A stretch of DNA of 64,000 nucleotides from Nitrospirota bacterium (GTDB taxonomy: Bacteria; Nitrospirota; Nitrospiria; Nitrospirales; Nitrospiraceae), in the NCBI GenBank assembly GCA_963703955.1, contig CAVPGK010000010.1, positions 1-64,000 of the forward strand, read 5' to 3'. Every line of letters begins with the position of its first letter. Position 1 is the stretch's first letter. This document shows, one piece after another, positions 10,674 through 21,226 of this stretch. Made by a program: the position numbers and the translations under genes. Under the pieces are notes generated by a model, which did not search any database, was not told the origin of the DNA, and saw only the letters and a list, made by a program, of their open reading frames with translations.

Positions 10674-11458
10674 GTATCCTTGTGAAGTCGTGGTTGAAGC
10701 GACACGAACGAGGCAATCGGTGATGATCCTGAAGTGTCTGCATGACGCGCCTTTATACGATAAATTTTTGCGCGCAACAATGGACAAGTATTCGATCGCG
10801 CCGTCTTGTCGGGACCCATGCCCGACGAGATCTGCAAGATCTCTCTTTACGCGTCGCATTTTCCAACGTTCCCCAACTGGACCATAATGTCAGCCCATGG
10901 TGCGCTGGCTCACCGTCGCTCTTTTCATTGCAGGTCCTTGCTTCTTGGCCTTGCTGGCCTATGACTGGGTGGCCGTAGTTGTGCTCGGGCAGGGAGCCTA
11001 TCGCCTGGTCCCATGGCATGACTTGGCTCGAGGGGTCTTTCAGGACCTCGGACTGACGGTGGCCTATGCGGTCACGGTCACGCCCCGCGTGGTGAATGTG
11101 GTGGCGAATTATTCGCAGAAGGCGAGCCGCGTGTGCCTGATCATGCTGGGCTTGGGTCTTGCTTGGTATGCGGTCATATGTGCCTGGGCGACCAGAGTGC
11201 TGGATGCCTCGCCTGATCTCGGCGTCAGCCTCGTTGTGCTGTTTGTTATCCCGATGATCCTGGCGCCCAGATATGTTCAATGGCTACGGACGAAGGTGCC
11301 AGGAGGCTAGGTAGCTGTTGAACGCAAGTGGAATGAACGCTATCATCGAGGCCGACACGGACCCGAGAGGCAGAGGCAGTCCTTCACCGGCCAACCAACG
11401 CGCTTCACTATGAAGCGATGCGCCAAGATAAGGATGTGGATGGGGGTGATTGTCGTCT
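10361..11458. repeat. Copy 1 of a diverged duplication; copy 2 at about 12861-13800
   Basis: Colinear nucleotide match covering the MFS 5' part, intergenic DNA, the membrane ORF and the OMP leader. Confidence 0.95.
10897..11310 (+). CDS. Hypothetical multi-pass membrane protein
   Basis: Several hydrophobic segments; both ends conserved in the duplicate copy. Confidence 0.65.
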   Translation: MVRWLTVALFIAGPCFLALLAYDWVAVVVLGQGAYRLVPWHDLARGVFQDLGLTVAYAVTVTPRVVNVVANYSQKASRVCLIMLGLGLAWYAVICAWATRVLDASPDLGVSLVVLFVIPMILAPRYVQWLRTKVPGG

Positions 11459-11888
11459 TGGAGCCGTCCCCAATCAGACATGCACGACCGGCAATACCTT
11501 TGAAAACTTCTTCCCGACAAATCATATCCATATGGGCTACATGGATATCATGGCGTGGAAGAACATGATGAGCCCGGAGGCCAATTTGCAGATGCGGCCG
11601 ACCGAGCGCGACCATTTCGAGATCTGGTACAGCAACTTCCAACTGGCCAGTTCCAAGGACAACTGGTACCGTGGCGAGCAGGGCGTCTATGTCTTCTCGA
11701 AAAACAACAACACGAGCAGAGACATCGGCAATGAGGTGGACCTTACCTGGACGCGGATGTTCGCGGACGGCAAGGTGGCCCTGCAGGCGACGTATGGCTA
11801 CCTGTTTGCTGGCAATTACATCAAGGAGAATCTGGGCGCGTCGTCAGATCAGCAGTGGGCGTACGTCTCGCTCTGGATGAACTTCTAA
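11410..11888 (+). pseudogene. C-terminal fragment of an alginate-export-family porin behind an out-of-frame signal-peptide leader
   Basis: NTFENFFPTNHIHMGYMD...DIGNEVDL...WAYVSLWMNF with terminal Phe; leader MKRCAKIRMWMGVIVV matches the 13753 gene. Confidence 0.75.
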
Positions 11889-11907
11889 GAAGGAGGAGGA
11901 TGCTCGT

Positions 11908-12714
11908 ATGAAACATGCAAACCGAACCGGAATCCTAACCGTGTTTCTCCTTTCTTTCGTCGCGATGGTCGCATGGCTCGCTTCTCCTTCCATCTGGATC
12001 GCATGGTCGGCTGAACTGGGGCCGTCGACTGCCACGCCTGCCGCCGAGGATGTGCCGTACGAATACATCGGCATAGATCCTCAATGTCACGCTGCGCTTG
12101 AGACCCTCTGCGAGGGCGTTCAGCCCGGCGGCGGTCGCCTCAAAAAGTGTTATTATGACAACGAAAGCAAGCTCACACCGTCATGTCGCCGGCAGGTTCA
12201 AGAGCGAAAGGCGGAAGCCGCTTCCATTTTGGCCACGCCAAGGAAGAAGGAAGGAAAGAAAGAAGCTGAGGGGATGGAACCTGCGTCTTTGTGGACCCTG
12301 AATGGCTCCGTCGGCTTCCTTGGGAATACCGTGGACGGAACCGCATTCGCATTTAACCTGGGCGCCGACCGGTTCTTGATGCCGGTGTTCTCAGTCGGAC
12401 CGCTCCTTCAACTTGCCACGACTTCCGCTCTTTTTCAGACCGCGCTGTCCCTGCAGGCGAAATACTGGATCATCGCACCCGATACCGGCGGTCGTTTCAA
12501 GGTGAATCTCCAAGCAGGTCTCGGGTTCGTCCATGCGGATTTTCAGCAGGATGACACGTCGTGGCTGATTCCGATCGGTGTTGAACTAGATTACGCGCTC
12601 TCTCGGACGCTCGGGCTCACAACCACGTTTCTCCTGAATTTCACCGATCTTAACACGGGCGGTGGGACCGATGCCCACGTGATGCCTGGGCTCACGTTCG
12701 GTCTTCGCTTCTAG
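11908..12714 (+). CDS. Chimeric exported protein: Cys-rich repeat fused to a small outer-membrane beta-barrel
   Basis: GGAGGAGG RBS; signal peptide; C..LCEGVQPGGGRLKKC...LTPSC motif; barrel ending GLTFGLRF. Confidence 0.75.
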   Translation: MKHANRTGILTVFLLSFVAMVAWLASPSIWIAWSAELGPSTATPAAEDVPYEYIGIDPQCHAALETLCEGVQPGGGRLKKCYYDNESKLTPSCRRQVQERKAEAASILATPRKKEGKKEAEGMEPASLWTLNGSVGFLGNTVDGTAFAFNLGADRFLMPVFSVGPLLQLATTSALFQTALSLQAKYWIIAPDTGGRFKVNLQAGLGFVHADFQQDDTSWLIPIGVELDYALSRTLGLTTTFLLNFTDLNTGGGTDAHVMPGLTFGLRF

Positions 12715-12787
12715 CGAAGTCTAGACAGCACGATCCGTCGAGGAAGGGCTGTGAGGCTCGTTCGGAGTTGCACTGCTCGCGTCATCG
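12298..12787. repeat. 490-bp direct repeat; copy 2 at 13870-14359
   Basis: Offset 1572 bp; about 17 substitutions in the first half, then identity over 12546-12776. Confidence 0.97.
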
Positions 12788-13172
12788 AGCAGAAGCCTGC
12801 GCCGGTGGCGCGGATGTGCGTGGGGTACAGCTCAGGCAGATGAATGGGAAAGCCGCTGAAGATCCCGAAGAGGACGCCGCCGATGGCCCATCCGATAAGA
12901 AAAATCGAAAAAATGATGCCGCCATACCAGCCGACCAATTCGACGGATATCGCTCCACCTGCCGAAATTCTTAAGAGTTCTTCCAGCGCAGGGTGCAGGA
13001 CGAGCGCATAGATCGTTGCATCCATCGAATCGAACACCCACCCCAGCCAGGCGACAAATAGTACCAGCCATTGATAGCGCGTCACCCCTTGCGTCCAGGA
13101 AGTCGCCGTCTGACTCTCAACGAAAGGCCCGGCTGGGGCGAACCGGTCGGTTTTTTCAGGGGGTGGCTTCAT
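12711..13172 (-). pseudogene. Internally deleted, truncated copy of the MFS gene
   Basis: 12788-12867 matches 9496-9575 and 12861 onward matches 10361 onward; 792-bp in-frame deletion at GATGCCG. Confidence 0.9.
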
Positions 13173-13397
13173 GTGCCCTTGTGAAGTCGTGGTTGAAGCG
13201 ACACGATCGAGGCAATGGGGTGATGATCCTGAAATGTCTGCATGACGCGCCTTTATACGATAAATCTTTGGACCCAACAACGGATAAGTATTCAATCCCA
13301 CCGACTTGTCGGGATCCATACCCCACGAGATCTGAAAGATCCTTCTTGACACGTCGGTATTTTCCAACGCTCCTCAACTGGACCATAATGCGAGCCC

Positions 13398-13629
13398 ATG
13401 CTGCGCTGGCTCGCCGTCGCTCTTTTCATATTCGCAGAAGGCGAGCCGGGTGTGCCTGATCATGCTGGGCCTGGGCCTTGCCTGGTATGCGGTCATATGC
13501 GCCTGGGTGACCAGGGTGCTGGATGCCCCGCCTGATCTCGGGGGCAGCCTCGTTGTGCTGTTCGTCATCCCGATGATCCTGGCGCCCAGATATGTCCAAT
13601 GGCTACGGACGAAGGTGCCAGGAGGTTAG
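13398..13629 (+). pseudogene. Deleted, frameshifted copy of the 10897-11310 membrane protein gene
   Basis: 5' and 3' ends match; about 180 bp of the middle is missing. Confidence 0.85.
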
Positions 13630-13752
13630 GTAGGTGTTGAACGCAAGTGGAATGAACGCTATCATCGAGGCCGACACGGACCCGAGAGGCAGAGGCGGTC
13701 CTTCACCGGGTAACCAACGCTTCACAATGAAGCGTACAGAAGGGGGATAACG

Positions 13753-14286
13753 ATGAAGCGATGCAAGACAAGGATGGGGATGGGAGCAATCATCATCGTA
13801 GCACTGACCGTTGTCCTTTGTGGCCGCGCGGATGCCGCTGGAGGGACGGAACTTACGCCTTCCTGGCTCCTGAATGGCGCCGTTGGCTTCCTTGGGAATA
13901 CTGTGGACGGAACCGCATTCGCATTTAACCTGGGCGCCGACCGGTTCTTGACGCCGGTGTTCTCTGTCGGACCGCTCCTCCAACTTGCCACGACCTCCGC
14001 TCTTCTTCAGACCGCGCTGTCCTTGCAAACGAAATACTGGATCACCGCACCTGATACCGGCGGCCGTTTCAAGGTGAATGTCCAAGCAGGTCTCGGGTTC
14101 GTCCACGCGGATTTTCTGCAGGATGACACGTCGTGGCTGATTCCGATCGGTGTTGAACTAGATTACGCGCTCTCTCGGACGCTCGGGCTCACAACCACGT
14201 TTCTCCTGAATTTCACCGATCTTAACACGGGCGGTGGGACCGATGCCCACGTGATGCCTGGGCTCACGTTCGGTCTTCGCTTCTAG
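13753..14286 (+). CDS. Small outer-membrane beta-barrel protein
   Basis: AAGGGGG RBS; signal peptide; alternating strand pattern; terminal Phe. Confidence 0.8.
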   Translation: MKRCKTRMGMGAIIIVALTVVLCGRADAAGGTELTPSWLLNGAVGFLGNTVDGTAFAFNLGADRFLTPVFSVGPLLQLATTSALLQTALSLQTKYWITAPDTGGRFKVNVQAGLGFVHADFLQDDTSWLIPIGVELDYALSRTLGLTTTFLLNFTDLNTGGGTDAHVMPGLTFGLRF

Positions 14287-14420
14287 CGAAGTCTAGACAG
14301 CACGATCCGTCGAGGAAGGGCTGTGAGGCTCGTTCGGAGTTGCACTGCCCGCGTCATCGGCTTGTTCTCAGGGCTCATGGAGTTTTTTGGTGAGCTGATC
14401 GGGCGGTACGCGGTTCCAAA

Positions 14421-16178
14421 TCAGGCGGAAAGAGAAGAAGGAATTTCTCGTCGGCGCTTGTGTTTCAAATCCCGAAAGATCACGGCCCGGTCACGACCAG
14501 CCGCCTTTGCGTGATAGAGCGCTTCGTCGGCCGCCTGTAAAACGGCTTTGGCGGTTACCCCGTCGTTGGGAAACGTGGCGACACCGGCTGACAGCGTGAT
14601 GGTTCCAAGGCTACGGCCGCCATGCTCAATATGCACCTGCCGTAAGTCTTCACGCACCCGTTCGGCTCGGATCCTCGTGGCTTCCAGGGAGGAGCCCGGC
14701 AGGATCAAGACAAACTCTTCACCACCGTAGCGACACGCGATATCTTCCGCGCGGACCTGAGTCCTCAGGAACGCCCCCAAGTTCGTCAGCAAGGCATCCC
14801 CTGCGGCATGGCCGAACGTATCGTTGAACCGCTTGAAGTGGTCGAGGTCGATCATGACCACCCCCAGAGACGTCTGATTGCGTAGCGCTCGGTGGACTTC
14901 ACGATCCAGCGATTCCTCCATGTAGCGTCGATTGAACAGGCCGGTGAGTGGATCGCGAATGGACTGAGAGCGGAGCGCCTCTCGCAACTTCAAATTAGCG
15001 AGCGCCAGGGAGATGTGTTCCCCTACGATGACGGCAAGACGCCGATGCGATTCCGAGGGGAAGGCCTGCGGCTCCTCTGAGTTGCCGGCCTCGGGAAGGC
15101 TTTGCACGTGGAGGAGCCCCAGCATCTCGCCTTGGGCCATCAAGGGCACGCAGAAGTAACCTGAAGAGAGAGGAGACTCGACGTGCCGGCAGATGGGACC
15201 CGCAGCAGCGTCCTGCACCACATGCATCTGCCCCCGCCGTAACCCCCAACACTCGTCGAGCTGAAAGACCGGTTGATGGGTGGCGTGTTTGTCCCATGAG
15301 GCCATGGCTTCGACGCCATCCCGGGCCCCGTTGACCAAATACAAGGCGCCCGAAGTCGATGGGAACAGGTCCCTCATGCCCTTGGTAATGACGGTGTGGG
15401 CTTCCTCCGTGGTCAGACAGGTTTGAAGGAGGTCACCCATCTCGCTGAGCAAGGTCTGTTCGCGGGCTTCCCGTTCGAGTTCCTTCACCCAGCCCGTCAG
15501 CTTTCTGTGGCTCTCTTCCAATTGTTGCTCGGCCCGCTTGCGCCAGGTGATATCGCGGCCGATGAGCATGCTGGCCAACGCGAGAAACACGGACGCTAAT
15601 AGACTTCCGATCAGAATGACCGTCGTGGCGGTTCGAGCGCTCGTCTTGGTTTCGATCGTTCGCCGAGTCAGGCGGGCCTGTTCCTCGTCCTGCAGGTCCG
15701 CGATGGATTTCCGGATTTCCTCCATCACCGCCTTGTCCTTATCCAGCAAGGGGAGAAGTGAGGCGGCCTGCTGTCGCTTGCTCTTCCGGATTTTGATGAG
15801 GGTGCTGGAACGGGCTAATTTCTCTGTGATCAGTCGTTCGAGACGATCAAGCCTCCGCTGCTGGACAGGATTGTCCGACGTCAAACGGCGGAGAACATTC
15901 AGATCCTCCGCAAGGTCAATGAGCGCCGCTTGGTAGTGGTTCAGATACTGCTCGGACCCACTGAGGACGAAGCCGCGAGTCTGAGTCTCAACATCCTTCG
16001 CCAATGAAAGAACGCGCTCGAGCCTTTCGAGGCCTTCGTGCGTGTGGCTCACCTCTTGGGCGTTCTCGAGCAAATTCGTGGTGCTCAAGTACGAGGTCAA
16101 CCCGACCGCCCCGAGAACAAGCAGGGCAGCGGCAAATCCAGCCGCAATCTTGATGCCGAGAGAGAATCTCCTGGTCAT
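14421..16178 (-). CDS. Diguanylate cyclase (CHASE3-GAF-GGDEF)
   Basis: Two TMs around CHASE3-like ETQTRGFVLSG; GAF; DPLTGLFNRR, RxxD I-site (RAED), RYGGEEF. Confidence 0.93.
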   Translation of the reverse strand: MTRRFSLGIKIAAGFAAALLVLGAVGLTSYLSTTNLLENAQEVSHTHEGLERLERVLSLAKDVETQTRGFVLSGSEQYLNHYQAALIDLAEDLNVLRRLTSDNPVQQRRLDRLERLITEKLARSSTLIKIRKSKRQQAASLLPLLDKDKAVMEEIRKSIADLQDEEQARLTRRTIETKTSARTATTVILIGSLLASVFLALASMLIGRDITWRKRAEQQLEESHRKLTGWVKELEREAREQTLLSEMGDLLQTCLTTEEAHTVITKGMRDLFPSTSGALYLVNGARDGVEAMASWDKHATHQPVFQLDECWGLRRGQMHVVQDAAAGPICRHVESPLSSGYFCVPLMAQGEMLGLLHVQSLPEAGNSEEPQAFPSESHRRLAVIVGEHISLALANLKLREALRSQSIRDPLTGLFNRRYMEESLDREVHRALRNQTSLGVVMIDLDHFKRFNDTFGHAAGDALLTNLGAFLRTQVRAEDIACRYGGEEFVLILPGSSLEATRIRAERVREDLRQVHIEHGGRSLGTITLSAGVATFPNDGVTAKAVLQAADEALYHAKAAGRDRAVIFRDLKHKRRREIPSSLSA

Positions 16179-16218
16179 GATAAAAGGATAGCCGAACTCG
16201 TGGGAAAGTAAAGGGAAC

Positions 16219-17642
16219 TTACCGTGAACGCTCCTTGAGGCGGTCGAGCCGTGAGCGGTCCAACGTCACGAAAATGGTTTTTTCCTGCGTGACCGTCACC
16301 GTGCCCGGGGACTTGGCTTTGACTTTCCGGACATATTTCTTCCGGGTGTAGATGACCTCGCCTTTCGCGCTCTTCTTGAGGTCGCTGTAGAGCAGGGCCA
16401 GGGTCGCCGCGTCGCGGACGGTCTCAGGTGGCAGGTCGGCGCCTTTCTCCAGCCTCACCACCACATGGGATCCCGGCGTACCATGCGCATGCAGCCAGAG
16501 ATCATCGGGGCGAGCTTCGCCGAACGTGAGGGCTTCATTCTCGCGGGCATTCCGACCGACATAGATCGGGAAGCCGTCGGCGGACATGAATCGACGAAAC
16601 GGCCCGGGTCGGGACTGAGAATCTTTCGTCCCGCTCTCTCTTCGCGCGAGAGGGGAGAGGGTGATAAAGGCGGTTGCCAGGCTCCACGCTCAATCGCGGA
16701 AAGCTCTGATCGGATCGCCTTCACCTGCTGTGATTCAGCTTCAAGTCGAGGTTTAATTTCTTTTTCAGCGGCAATATGTTTACGATGTTTCTTAAAGTAA
16801 TCCTCCATATTACTATGAGGTCCTTTTGACGGGTCGAGTGGGATGACCAGCGTCGGAAGAGTTTCGTCAAAATAGTCGACGACCGTCAAACGATCCTGGC
16901 CCTTCTGGATGAGATGGAGATTCGCCTTCAGGAGTTCGCCGTACCGCTTGTACTCTCGATAGCGAGAAGCCTTGTCTAAATCCGCCTGAAGCGCCTCGAT
17001 ACGACGAGTCGCTTTCTTCATGCGCTTCTTTAAGTCCACAATCCTGGCTTGCCGCAGTTGGTGGGCCGCGAGATCGACTTCGCGTTGGCGATACTGCTGC
17101 TCCATCCCTGCAGAGATCGGAAAGGAAGAATCAGCGCCCCCTGAAGGTACGATGCCCGCAATCACATCAAGTCCTCCGCGCGGGGAGGCAGGTAGATGAT
17201 AAGCCTGGCCTACCGGCTCGCGTCGTCCGTCCAGCGCCGTGAGAATCCGGTTCTCAGCATCGAGAAGAAGCAGGTTGGCGCGTCGGCCAGTCAATTCCGC
17301 GATGAGGGAACACGGACCATCTCGCCCCGTCAACGTGAGACGTACGATACGGTCTCCTTGAACCTGCTCCATTCGCTCGATGCGGGTGCCCTGGATGTGG
17401 GCCCGTAGGAACTGGCAGAACGGTGGAGGGGAAGCGGGATTAGGATACCGGTGGCTTAACAGGTGGATGCGAGCGGTGTCGGGGTCCGCGGAGATATACA
17501 GCGAGAGTGTCTGCCCCGGCGTTCGAATGTCCAAGGTAATGGCGCGCGGTGTTGGTTGAAAGACCTTTTGGATCCATCCTTCGACCAAAGCCGGTCCTAT
17601 CTCCTGTAGCACGGCCACAATCTCCTGTGCTGACAATCCCAC
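16219..17642 (-). CDS. rqcH: NFACT/RqcH-family ribosome quality-control protein, frameshift near 16610
   Basis: PPPFCQFLRAHI, GDRIV, LIAELTGRRANLLLLD, GELLKANL; NFACT-R VGRNARENE...LWLHA...PGSHVV; GTG start after GGAGG. Confidence 0.88.
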
Positions 17643-17874
17643 GGTGCCTCCATTCTTGAGAAATCCAACTGGGGAAGTGTGACCGTAGAAATCAGCGAAA
17701 GCAAGACGGGGAGGCGGGAGGCGAGGGTTGATCCCTGTGCTCCCACAACACGGGTGTTTTCGCCCGTCACGTCCCAGGCGCGCCAAGGACGGGCCCCTTC
17801 CCGAGCAGAATGTGCTCGAAAATACGGCCGCAGGAGAAATCGCCTTTGCGGGAGTAGAGAGGAAGGAGGCAATA

Positions 17875-18072
17875 GTGACATGTCGCCGGTGTCATGGGCT
17901 GATGGTGATGGACGATTCGGTGGATATGGACGAGCGAGACGGCCTCTCTGATGTCAAAGCATGGCGCTGCGTTCAGTGTGGAGAGTGGATAGACAACGTG
18001 ATTCTGCGAAATCGGCTCATCCAGCAAGGTACGTTGGCTCGCGAGCCGATCACGAGCGGTGATCCTCTATGA
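17875..18072 (+). CDS. Small Zn-ribbon protein
   Basis: AGGAGG RBS plus GTG; CRRCHGLM...AWRCVQCGEWID..IL.NR. Confidence 0.75.
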   Translation: MTCRRCHGLMVMDDSVDMDERDGLSDVKAWRCVQCGEWIDNVILRNRLIQQGTLAREPITSGDPL

Positions 18073-18326
18073 AGCGGTTATACAGCAGCGCGCCCAGAAT
18101 GCCGAATCCCCAGGCGCCTCCGACAAACGCCAGTATTTCACCAAGCAGGTCCAGCGTATGGGTCTCTCTTGGAAGGAGCGACGCGACGTCCGCCCCGAAG
18201 AATTGCGCATTGAAGATGAAGATAAATGCGGACGGTACGACAAGTCGGAGGAGGATCAACAGCAACCAAAGGACGGCGGTGGTTATAGCAAGCGAGTTGG
18301 CGAACGCGAGCGGCCGTGATGATCAT
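18050..18326 (-). CDS. Small membrane protein (DUF5676-like), probable frameshift near the start
   Basis: PLAFANSLAITTAVLWLL...GILGALLYNRF. Confidence 0.55.
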
Positions 18327-18463
18327 AAAGGGAGTAGTCCTTACCTAGGTAGTTTCTTAGTTAAGTATCATACCCCAACCAATCCTCCTACGTCCATTGC
18401 GTGAGCTTCCATTCTGCGGTAGAGTCGAGCCTGAGGTTACCCCCTTTCGGGTCGGTCTTGTCA

Positions 18464-20872
18464 ATGGATCGGTTTTCCCTTTTTCAGCAGGCGCTCACGG
18501 TGCTCGAGTGGCCCCGTCTGCTTGACGTGGTTGCGGGGCAGGCGCGCTCAGCGATGGGAGCTGAGCGGTGCCGCTCCCTTGCGCTTGAGACCGACCTCCA
18601 GGCCGCTGAAGCTCGATCGCAGGAAACCGCCGAGATGGTGGCACTGCGTGAAAGCGATGACCCCTTTCCGTCGCCGGCTTTTCCAGATCTTCGTGACGTC
18701 CTTGGGCGCGCGGCGAAGGGCGCGGTGTTGGAACCACATGAGTTCCGGGATCTGTCCATCGTCTGGGGGCTCGCGTATCAGGTAAGCCGCTATCTCAAAC
18801 CCCGACACGATGAAGCACCGGCTGTCGTCAGGGTGTCCGAGCCGCTGGCGGAGTTGATGGGACATCGCCGGGTGAAAGAGGCGATCGACCGGTGCGTGGA
18901 TGCCGAAGGGAATATTCGCGAATCGGCGACGCCGGACCTGCGGCGGTTCATGCGCCATGCGCATGATCTCAAGCAAACGATGCGACGCCGATTGGAGGTG
19001 ATTCTCGCCTCATCTCGATACGCGGAGGTTCTCCAGGAACAGTATTTCGCGCAGCGGGAGGGCCGGTACGTCGTGCCTGTGAAGTCCGAAATGCGCTCGA
19101 AAATTCCCGGCATCGTGCATGATGTCTCGGCGAGCGGCGCAACAGTCTTTCTCGAGCCGCGCGAATTGGTCGAGCTCAACAACTCCGTCAAGGTGGCTGA
19201 GTTGGAGGTGGAGCGGGAGGTGCGACGCATCCTTCAGGAGCTTTCAGCTCAGGTATGCGAATGCGCGGCCGCGTTCACGACCGGCTTAGACGTGCTGGCG
19301 AGCTTGGACAGTATTGCCGCAAAGGCGTCATTCAGCCATCTGGTTAAGGGACAGCCGGTTCGGCTGAATAGGAACGGCCGCGTAACACTCAAACGTGCCC
19401 GGCATCCGCTACTGGTCTTGGCGCGGGGCGAGGTGGTAGCAAACGACATTGTCATGGACGAACCCGTGCGGGTGCTCGTGATTTCCGGGCCGAACACCGG
19501 GGGAAAGACGGTCACCCTCAAGATACTCGGACTCTTTGCGCTGATGGCTCGCGCGGGTCTCCAGCTCCCGTGCGACGCGGACTCGGAGATGGCGCTCTTT
19601 CCCGAGATCTATGCGGACATCGGCGATGCGCAAGACCTGGCCAAAGATCTCTCCAGCTTTTCAGCCCACATGACGCAGATGATTGCCCTGTTGGAACTGC
19701 CGGACACTCTGAACCATGGAGAGGTCGGACCGAACACCCTGGTCCTTTTGGATGAACCGGTCACCTCCACCGATCCGGCGGAAGGCGCCGCTTTGGCGGA
19801 AGCCCTGCTCCTACGCCTGTCCAGCCTCGGCGCGAGAGTCGTGGTCACCACGCATTACAACTCGCTGAAGGCGCTGGCCCAGACGACACCGGGGTTTCTG
19901 AATGCAAGCGTCGGCTTTGATGTGAGCACGCTCGCCCCGACCTATCGCGTCATCATGGGCGTGCCCGCAGGATCGTCGGCCATCGAGATTGCCGGGCGGC
20001 TTGGTTTGGATGAGACAATCTTGGATCACGCGCTGCGTCTGTTACGGCGAGAAGATCGGGCGCTTGAGCAAATGCTCAGCGACCTGCAGGAGAAGCAACG
20101 TCGATTAGATGAAGATCTGGCCAGGGTCAGCGCGCTTAGAGCCGAAACTCAGCGATCGGCCCGCGAGGCCATGGAGATCGCCGAGCGGTTACACAGATCG
20201 GAGCGTGACGAGCGACAGCGCGTGAAGAAGAAGCTGACGGATCACTTCCTGCAGGCCCGCGCCGAGGTTCAGACGATTCTTGAGGCTCTGAAAACCGAAC
20301 GGACACTCATCAAGGCCAAGGAAGCGAAACAGCGGCTGGCCGATCTGGAAGTGCAGGCCCGGAAAGAAGTCGTACCTGAGGCCGAATCGGTTCCACTCGA
20401 GGCATTGACGATCGGCGATCATGTTGAGATCGTCAACCTCGGCGCGACCGGCACCCTGCTGGAGGCGCCGCAAGGAAAGAAACGAGTCAGGGTTCGCGTC
20501 GGAGACGCCGAAATGTCGGTGGCCGTCTCGCTACTCGTCGGAGGGCTTGCGTCACAGGAGCCTAAGGCCACGGCTCGGCCAACCTCGTTAGGACCGCGAA
20601 CCATCTCGTCGACTGTGGTGGACAGCGACGCGCCCACCGTGTTGGATCTGCGCGGCAAGACAGCGGATGAGGCGCTGGAGCTAACGGTCGCGGGGCTGGA
20701 TCGCGCGGCATTGGCCGGCAGTCCCATGCTTCGGGTGATCCATGGTCACGGCACCGGCCGACTCAAGTCGGCGATTCGAGAGTATCTGCAGGGGTCGCCC
20801 TATGTGGCGTCTTTCAGGCCGGGAGAACGCGCCGAAGGCGGAGACGGCGTGACGATCGTGGAATTGAAATAA
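18464..20872 (+). CDS. mutS2: MutS2 with C-terminal KOW and Smr domains
   Basis: LEW..L start, GIVHDVSASGATVFLEP, GPNTGGKT, LSSFSAHM, LLDE, Smr LDLRG...IHGHGTG...GGDGVT. Confidence 0.96.
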   Translation: MDRFSLFQQALTVLEWPRLLDVVAGQARSAMGAERCRSLALETDLQAAEARSQETAEMVALRESDDPFPSPAFPDLRDVLGRAAKGAVLEPHEFRDLSIVWGLAYQVSRYLKPRHDEAPAVVRVSEPLAELMGHRRVKEAIDRCVDAEGNIRESATPDLRRFMRHAHDLKQTMRRRLEVILASSRYAEVLQEQYFAQREGRYVVPVKSEMRSKIPGIVHDVSASGATVFLEPRELVELNNSVKVAELEVEREVRRILQELSAQVCECAAAFTTGLDVLASLDSIAAKASFSHLVKGQPVRLNRNGRVTLKRARHPLLVLARGEVVANDIVMDEPVRVLVISGPNTGGKTVTLKILGLFALMARAGLQLPCDADSEMALFPEIYADIGDAQDLAKDLSSFSAHMTQMIALLELPDTLNHGEVGPNTLVLLDEPVTSTDPAEGAALAEALLLRLSSLGARVVVTTHYNSLKALAQTTPGFLNASVGFDVSTLAPTYRVIMGVPAGSSAIEIAGRLGLDETILDHALRLLRREDRALEQMLSDLQEKQRRLDEDLARVSALRAETQRSAREAMEIAERLHRSERDERQRVKKKLTDHFLQARAEVQTILEALKTERTLIKAKEAKQRLADLEVQARKEVVPEAESVPLEALTIGDHVEIVNLGATGTLLEAPQGKKRVRVRVGDAEMSVAVSLLVGGLASQEPKATARPTSLGPRTISSTVVDSDAPTVLDLRGKTADEALELTVAGLDRAALAGSPMLRVIHGHGTGRLKSAIREYLQGSPYVASFRPGERAEGGDGVTIVELK

Positions 20873-21226
20873 AGCGGCATGGCTGATGAAGCGCGAGCCA
20901 TTCCGAGGTACGCTGATGCGGTGAACCCCAGCCGCCTTGACAGGTTCTATCTGTTGGACGATGCACCTTGTCGGACTAAACGAAGACCATCGTCGCTCTG
21001 AAGGCCGTTTCTCGTTTCTCCTGAGGGTGAATCTCTCAATGAGACCCGCCCAAAGCCACTATTTCATCCTCCCGCACTGAGTCTGTCGATTGCACAATCT
21101 GTGTTGAGCGGATAACCGGCTGGTGGATTTGCCCCGCCTTTGGTTGAAACCCACCAACCTGTGGGCCTCAGCGGTCGGAGTCACTTGAGTCCTATTGTCA
21201 GATCAACCACTTGCAAGCTGGAATCG

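Noticed and set aside
12298..14359. Diversity-generating retroelement TR/VR pair
   Set aside because: Differences go both ways, are mostly C/T transitions rather than adenine-specific on one template, and no reverse transcriptase is present
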